Source of the DNA: Candidatus Eiseniibacteriota bacterium
GTDB taxonomy: Bacteria; Eisenbacteria; RBG-16-71-46
Assembly (NCBI GenBank): GCA_031366795.1
Contig: JANLOX010000425.1
Span: forward strand, 1-11,512
DNA length: 11,512 nucleotides
Reading direction: 5' to 3'
Position 1 is the stretch's first letter. Every line of letters begins with the position of its first letter. The notes beneath the pieces are model-generated. The model was not told where the DNA came from, ran no database searches, and saw only the letters and a list, made by a program, of their open reading frames with translations. Made by a program: the position numbers and the translations under genes. This document shows positions 6,616-11,512 of this stretch, in pieces.

Positions 6616-7895
6616 CGCCGGGACCAATCGCGAACGCTTCACCCGCGCGAGGGGCCGACCGTCTGGCCACGCATGCCGCGGCCCGCGCGCAAGCCCGCGC
6701 GGGACTCTACGTGCATGTGCCATTCTGCGCGGTGCGCTGCAGCTATTGCGATTTCTCCACCGGCCCGATCTCCGATGCGCTGGTCGAACGCTACCTGGTG
6801 GCTCTCGTGCTTGAGATGCAGTGGCGCTCAGTGGCGGCGCGCTCGACTCAATTCCATTCCGTGTTCTTCGGCGGTGGCACTCCGTCAACGCTTAGCCCTA
6901 AGCAGTTTAGGCGACTGTGGGACGCCCTGCGTGAGCACTTCGACATCGCCGCGGATGCCGAAATCACGCTCGAGGCGAACCCGGAATCCGTGCGCGAGGA
7001 GCGCCTCGAAGCGTGGGCGGGTGCCGGCGTTAACCGGCTGTCGTTCGGCGCCCAGGCATTCGACGCGGGTGATCTAAAGCTGCTGGGGCGCATCCACGAT
7101 GTGGCGCGTCCAGCACTTGCGGTGGCGCTGGCCCGCGCGCATGGGTTCAAGCGACTTTCGCTGGACCTGATGTTCGGCTACCCCGGTCACACCAGGGCGG
7201 CGTGGGAGGGCACGCTCGAGGCATTGTTCGCTCTCGAGCCGGAACATCTCTCCGCGTACTGCTTCATCCCGGAGGGCGGCACGCCTCTGGGTGACGCTGT
7301 TCTTACGGGGACCGTGGTGTTGCCGCCCGACGACGCGCAGGCGGAAGCCTATGCGCACCTCGAACGGCGCGCTCGCGCACAAGGCTTCGCCTGCTACGAG
7401 ACCTCGAACTTCTGCCTGCCCGGCGCCGAAGCACGGCACAACCTCGTCTACTGGTTGCGGCGTCCCTATGTCGGGCTCGGGCCCTCGGCGCATGGCCATC
7501 TCGATGGCCGCCGCTACGGCAACCGCTACGACCGTGTGGAATGGATCCAGTCGCTCGAACGCGGCGAAAGTCCCGAGGCGGAATCTGAGCTCGAGACCGG
7601 CAGCTCGCGCGCGCGGGAGGTCGTCATGCTGGGACTAAGGCTGGCCGATGGCCTGCACGCGAGTGACTACCCTGCGCCTGAGTGGGAACAGGTGGACCGG
7701 CGTTATGGGCTTGCCTTCCAACGCGCTGTCGCCCAGGGCCGGCTCGAGAATGGCCCCCTGGGCCCGCGCATCGCGGCGGCCCACCGGTTCGTGGCCGACG
7801 ACGTCATTGCCTGGCTCGACGCAGCCGCCGAAGCTATAGCCGAAGCTACAGGGGTTGACACCTTGGAGCGCGGCTCCATAACCTCTAGCGGATGA
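6612..7895 (+). CDS. hemW: Radical SAM heme chaperone HemW (HemN-like); start codon uncertain
   Basis: GLYVHVPFCAVRCSYCDF (CX3CX2C at 6726-6749), FFGGGTPS, EITLEANP, NRLSFGAQ, SLDLMFG.PG, YETSNF and the HemW signature HNLVYW (7437-7454). The ORF-track start at 6273 lies deep inside lepB; plausible starts are CTG 6612 or CTG 6663. Confidence 0.9.
   Translation: MTPGPIANASPARGADRLATHAAARAQARAGLYVHVPFCAVRCSYCDFSTGPISDALVERYLVALVLEMQWRSVAARSTQFHSVFFGGGTPSTLSPKQFRRLWDALREHFDIAADAEITLEANPESVREERLEAWAGAGVNRLSFGAQAFDAGDLKLLGRIHDVARPALAVALARAHGFKRLSLDLMFGYPGHTRAAWEGTLEALFALEPEHLSAYCFIPEGGTPLGDAVLTGTVVLPPDDAQAEAYAHLERRARAQGFACYETSNFCLPGAEARHNLVYWLRRPYVGLGPSAHGHLDGRRYGNRYDRVEWIQSLERGESPEAESELETGSSRAREVVMLGLRLADGLHASDYPAPEWEQVDRRYGLAFQRAVAQGRLENGPLGPRIAAAHRFVADDVIAWLDAAAEAIAEATGVDTLERGSITSSG
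7827..7850 (+). repeat. 12-bp tandem direct repeat just upstream of the hrcA -35
   Basis: GCCGAAGCTATA followed by GCCGAAGCTACA (11 of 12 identical); the junction contains the palindrome GCTATAGC (7833-7840). Confidence 0.8.
7855..7884 (+). promoter_or_regulatory. Putative sigma70-type promoter for hrcA-grpE-dnaJ-rsmE, inside the hemW 3' end
   Basis: Perfect TTGACA at 7855-7860, 18-bp spacer, TAACCT at 7879-7884; expected TSS about 7891-7892. The spacer holds the inverted repeat TGGAGC-N3-GCTCCA (7864-7878). Confidence 0.7.
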
Positions 7896-8938
7896 GTACG
7901 ATCGCAGTGCCCGGTCGAGTGAGCCGGGAAGACCCCGATCTGAGCGACCGCCTTCGCGACGTGTTCGTGGCGTTGGTCCGCCAGTACGACGCCACGGCGC
8001 ACCCGGTGGCCTCGGACGCGCTTGCGCGCATGGCAGGGTTGCGGCTGTCGTCCGCCAGTATTCGCAGTGCGCTCGCAGAACTCGAAGCCTCAGGGCTGCT
8101 GGAGCGGGCGCATGCCTCATCGGGCCGCATCCCGAGTGCGCTGGGCTACGAGTTCTTCGTGCGTGTGCTGTTGCGGCCCGCGGCACTTCCCGATGCGGTG
8201 ATGGAGCAGATCCGCGGCTCGCTGTACCGCTCGACGCGCGATGTCGAGGCGTTGCTGCAGGAGGCGTCACGCCTGCTGTCCACGATCACCCAGCAGATGG
8301 GGCTCGCGGTCGCGCGTTCGCTCGACGACGTGCGGCTGACGCGACTCGATCTCGAACCGCTGGGCGAACAGCGCGCGTTGCTGGTGCTCGGTCTCGAAGG
8401 GGGTGCGGCGCAAACACTCGTGCTCGAGCTCGAGAGTCCACTTCGCGCAGCCGACCTGCATGAAGTCGCCGACGTGCTGCGAGACAGGCTGACGGGGCGG
8501 TTGCTCGCCGAGGTGCGCGAACGCATGGCGTACGACCGCGAACTGGTCCGCGGTACCGCACTGCGGCTCGTGGTGCGCGCGGCGAATGCCGGCTGGGCGC
8601 TCGGCGTGGCGACCCCGCTGATCAGCGCGGGCACTTCGCGCATCGCGCAACAGCCTGAATTTGCCACGGCGGAACAGCTGGCACCCGTCCTGCGCGCGGT
8701 CGAGGAAGGCGCGCCGCTGGATCGCCTGATGATCACGCGCATCGAAGGACAGGCAGCGGTGATGGTCGGCGTCAACGCGACGCCCGGGCTCGCCGGCTGC
8801 AGCCTCGTGAGTTTCGCGTTGCCGGGCCATGTGCGCGCCGCGGTCGGCGTGCTCGGTCCCCTGCGCATGAATTACGCTTTCGCGCTGGCCGCGGTGGATA
8901 CCGTGGGTGCCCGCGTGGCCGAACTGCTGCAGGCTTGA
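7892..8938 (+). CDS. hrcA: Heat-inducible transcription repressor HrcA (divergent)
   Basis: N-terminal wHTH: LVRQY...HPVAS..L...SSASIRSALAELE..GLL...HASSGRIPS..GY; C-terminal VGVLGPLRMNY; 348 aa; canonical position between hemW and grpE. Confidence 0.92.
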   Translation: MSTIAVPGRVSREDPDLSDRLRDVFVALVRQYDATAHPVASDALARMAGLRLSSASIRSALAELEASGLLERAHASSGRIPSALGYEFFVRVLLRPAALPDAVMEQIRGSLYRSTRDVEALLQEASRLLSTITQQMGLAVARSLDDVRLTRLDLEPLGEQRALLVLGLEGGAAQTLVLELESPLRAADLHEVADVLRDRLTGRLLAEVRERMAYDRELVRGTALRLVVRAANAGWALGVATPLISAGTSRIAQQPEFATAEQLAPVLRAVEEGAPLDRLMITRIEGQAAVMVGVNATPGLAGCSLVSFALPGHVRAAVGVLGPLRMNYAFALAAVDTVGARVAELLQA

Positions 8939-9004
8939 GTGCCCGCGTGCCTGGGCACTGCGGCACCGGCCGCTTCCCTCATTTCTGGAGATGACTCATG
9001 AGTC
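8938..9004 (+). promoter_or_regulatory. Structured hrcA-grpE intergenic region containing the grpE SD
   Basis: Hairpins AGTGCCC-N8-GGGCACT (8938-8959), GCGGC-N4-GCCGC (8960-8973) and TCATTT-CTGG-AGATGA (8979-8994); SD GGAG 8987-8990, 7 nt before ATG 8998; palindrome GACTCATGAGTC 8993-9004. Confidence 0.5.
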
Positions 9005-9603
9005 CGTCGGATATTCCTACTCCCGCTGAGCCTAAGCCGGTCGCGGGCGATTCGCCGTTCGAGCGCGACAACGAAGGGCAGGATGCCGCCGTGCCGTTCG
9101 CCGACGAGCTTGAGCTGCTCGAGGCAACGCCGGTCCCCGCGGCTCCCGATCCGGCCGCGGAGTTGGCGCAGGTGCGCGACCGTTGGCTGCGCACCGAGGC
9201 CGATCTGCAGAACTACCGCCGCCGCGCGCAGCGCGACGTGGAGGAGGCGCGGCGCAATGCGGAGGAGCGCGCGATCGTCGAGCAGATCGAAGTGCTCGAT
9301 GACCTGGATCGCGCACTGTCGGCGGCGCGTGAAGCGGGCGCTGCGGCGGCATGGGTGCAGGGCGTCGAGCTCGTGGCGCAGCGGCTGCGGGACTCACTGA
9401 CGCGCGCCGGTGTCATCGCGGTGAACCCGGTGGGTGAGCCGTTCGACCCGCGCTTCCATGAAGCGTTGATCGAATTGCCTGCGCCGCCGGACGCCGCTGC
9501 GGGCACCATCCTGCATGTCGAACGCACCGGCTACCGGCGTGGCGAGCGCATGCTGCGCGCGGCGCGTGTCGCGGTGGCGGCCGACCGCGCGGCGGAAAAC
9601 TAG
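8998..9603 (+). CDS. grpE: Nucleotide exchange factor GrpE
   Basis: Disordered acidic N-terminus, WLRTEADLQNYRRR, VLDDLDRAL, GEPFDPRFHEAL, GYRRGERMLRAARVAVA. Confidence 0.95.
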   Translation: MSPSDIPTPAEPKPVAGDSPFERDNEGQDAAVPFADELELLEATPVPAAPDPAAELAQVRDRWLRTEADLQNYRRRAQRDVEEARRNAEERAIVEQIEVLDDLDRALSAAREAGAAAAWVQGVELVAQRLRDSLTRAGVIAVNPVGEPFDPRFHEALIELPAPPDAAAGTILHVERTGYRRGERMLRAARVAVAADRAAEN

Positions 9604-9606
9604 CCG

Positions 9607-10764
9607 ATGGCGAAGCGCGACTATTATGAAGTCCTCGGTGTGCCGAGAACCGTCACCGATGACGAGATCAAGAAGGCCTACCGAAAGATCGCGTTCGAGC
9701 AGCATCCCGACCGCAATCCCGGCAACAAGGATGCCGAAGCCAAGTTCAAGGAAGCGACAGAGGCCTATGAGGTCTTGCGGGACCGCGAAAAACGCGGGCG
9801 CTACGACCAGTTCGGCCACGCCGCGACCGGCGGCGGTGGTGGCGGTGGTGGTGGCAGCTACACGGGTGGCACCGATTTCAGCGGCTTCGATCTGGGCGAT
9901 GCCCTGCGCGCCTTCATGCGCGACTTCGGCCAGGGCGGTAGCGGCGGCTTCGAGGACCTGTTCGGTGGTGGCCGTGAGCCCGACCACCGCGGCGACGACC
10001 TGCGTGTGCGGCTGGCGCTGACGCTCGAGGAGATCTCGACCGGTGTCGAGAAGCGCGTGCGCATCAAGCATCGCAAGGCCTGCGCGACGTGCTCGGGCAA
10101 GGGCGGCAGCGGCGAGACGCCGTGCACGCAGTGCCAGGGTCGCGGTCAGGTGCGGCGCGTGCAGCAGTCGATCTTCGGCCAGTTCGTGAATATCGCGACC
10201 TGCCCCAAGTGCGAAGGAGCGGGGCGGATGTTCAAGGAGCCCTGCCGTACCTGCGAAGGCACGGGCCGCACGCCGGAAACCGAAACAGTGACCGTGCAGG
10301 TGCCGCCGGGAGTCGCGAACGGCAATTTTATTCCGCTGCGCGGCATGGGCGATGCCGGGTTGCGCGGCGGGACTTCGGGCGACCTGTTGGTGCTGATTGA
10401 AGAGAAGGAACACGACGTCTTCGAACGCGACGGTGATGACCTGCATGTCGTGCTGCCGGTGGCGTTCCCCACGGTGGCCCTGGGCGGCAAGGCCGAACTG
10501 ATCCTGCTCGATGGCACGAAGGCGATCGTGACCGTGCAGGCGGGCACCCCGACGGGGCAGATGATCCGCCTCAAGGGGAAGGGCTTGCCGTCATTGCGGG
10601 GTGGCAAGGGCGACCTGATCGCGCAGATCATGGTGTGGGTCCCCGAGAAGCTCGGTTCGGCCGAGAAGAAGTTGCTCGAGGAGCTGGGACGTTCGGAAGC
10701 CTTCAAGCCGCCCAAGCCCGGGCGCTCGGTGTTCGAACGGGTCAGGAATGCCTTCAAGGGTTAG
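9607..10764 (+). CDS. dnaJ: Chaperone DnaJ (class A)
   Basis: J domain ([27 protein letters not shown]), G/F-rich region, four CxxCxGxG repeats ([32 protein letters not shown]) and a C-terminal substrate-binding domain. Confidence 0.98.
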   Translation: MAKRDYYEVLGVPRTVTDDEIKKAYRKIAFEQHPDRNPGNKDAEAKFKEATEAYEVLRDREKRGRYDQFGHAATGGGGGGGGGSYTGGTDFSGFDLGDALRAFMRDFGQGGSGGFEDLFGGGREPDHRGDDLRVRLALTLEEISTGVEKRVRIKHRKACATCSGKGGSGETPCTQCQGRGQVRRVQQSIFGQFVNIATCPKCEGAGRMFKEPCRTCEGTGRTPETETVTVQVPPGVANGNFIPLRGMGDAGLRGGTSGDLLVLIEEKEHDVFERDGDDLHVVLPVAFPTVALGGKAELILLDGTKAIVTVQAGTPTGQMIRLKGKGLPSLRGGKGDLIAQIMVWVPEKLGSAEKKLLEELGRSEAFKPPKPGRSVFERVRNAFKG

Positions 10765-11461
10765 CGCCGTCCCGGCGTTCTTGTACGTCGCCGGCCTGGG
10801 CGGTGTGGGTTCACAGGCCGCCCTGTCGGAAGCCGAATCGCACTACGTCTCGCGCGTCTGCCGCGCGCGCACGGGCGATCTCGTGCACGGAACCGATGGC
10901 TGCGGACACATCGCCACGCTGCGCATGACGGCGACCGGTCCCGCGGCGTCCGCCGAAATCGAGAGCATTGAGCACGTGCCGCGCGCGCGCAACGTCTGGA
11001 TCCTGTGCGGCGAGCCCGAGGGCAATCGCGACGACTGGATGGTCGAAAAGCTCGCGGAACTCGGTGTCGCGCGCTGGACACCGCTCGACACGAAGCGCGC
11101 GGCGTGGGGCGATGGTGGGCGGCGGCGCGAGCGTTGGCAGCGTTTGGCGGTCGCCGCACTCAAGCAATCATGCTCCGCCTGGCTGATGCGGGTCGATGCT
11201 CCATCGCCGATCGATGCCGTGCTCGCGGAAATTCCCGAAACGGCCACGCGCTGGTTGGCCAGCGAGCGGGGTACTCGCCCCGAACGGGTGGAGAGCCCGG
11301 GGGACGTCGTGTCGGTGGTGGGGCCCGCGTCAGGGCTGACGCCCGAGGAGGAGGAGTGGCTCCTCGGCCGTCAATTCAAAGCGGTTTCGCTGGCGAGTTT
11401 CCGGCTACGCGCCGAGACGGCGGCCATCGGCGTCGCGGCGTGGTGGGCTGCCCAGCCGTAA
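10748..11461 (+). CDS. rsmE: 16S rRNA m3U1498 methyltransferase RsmE (SPOUT family, divergent)
   Basis: HYVSRVCR...[43 protein letters not shown]; usual position after dnaJ. Start is ATG 10748 (17-nt overlap with dnaJ) or TTG 10781; stop TAA 11459-11461. Confidence 0.88.
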   Translation: MPSRVSAVPAFLYVAGLGGVGSQAALSEAESHYVSRVCRARTGDLVHGTDGCGHIATLRMTATGPAASAEIESIEHVPRARNVWILCGEPEGNRDDWMVEKLAELGVARWTPLDTKRAAWGDGGRRRERWQRLAVAALKQSCSAWLMRVDAPSPIDAVLAEIPETATRWLASERGTRPERVESPGDVVSVVGPASGLTPEEEEWLLGRQFKAVSLASFRLRAETAAIGVAAWWAAQP

Positions 11462-11512
11462 ATCCCGCAGTTCATGTCAGTTAAGGACATATCAGGATCG
11501 CCTGCCGTCCGA

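Noticed and set aside
8919..8978. Canonical CIRCE between hrcA and grpE
   Set aside because: Neither GAGTGCCCG nor TGGGCACTG has a matching partner half-site at 9-nt spacing in the correct orientation.
8960..8986. Intrinsic terminator after hrcA
   Set aside because: The 5-bp stem is followed by TTCCCTC rather than a U-tract, and grpE has no evident promoter of its own.
9829..9855. GGC/GGT trinucleotide run in dnaJ
   Set aside because: It encodes nine Gly of the normal G/F-rich linker with mixed codons; not a contingency repeat.
11474..11490. Inverted repeat ATGTC-N7-GACAT in the AT-richer spacer after rsmE
   Set aside because: Only 5 bp, no U-tract, no match to a motif I can name, and the downstream context is cut off by the window edge.

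Overview
A high-GC bacterial core-genome segment with every supported gene on the + strand and almost no intergenic space: glmS (5' end cut by the window edge) - ridA - selD (Cys form) - selC (tRNA-Sec, UCA anticodon, not in the ORF track) - DUF5683-like exported/membrane protein - lepA - lepB - hemW - hrcA - grpE - dnaJ - rsmE. I see no mobile element, CRISPR array or intrinsic terminator. The points worth a second look are: (1) a ridA-selD-selC module whose tRNA-Sec has two non-canonical pairs and lies inside an open frame continuous with the next gene; (2) an HrcA with a diverged recognition helix and no CIRCE, whose probable leaderless sigma70 promoter carries a different palindrome and a tandem repeat; (3) a multi-hairpin hrcA-grpE spacer that could occlude the grpE ribosome-binding site like an RNA thermometer; (4) hemW apparently lacking a canonical start codon; (5) a chaperone cluster without dnaK. 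All family assignments come from recognising motifs by eye; no database search or folding program was run.
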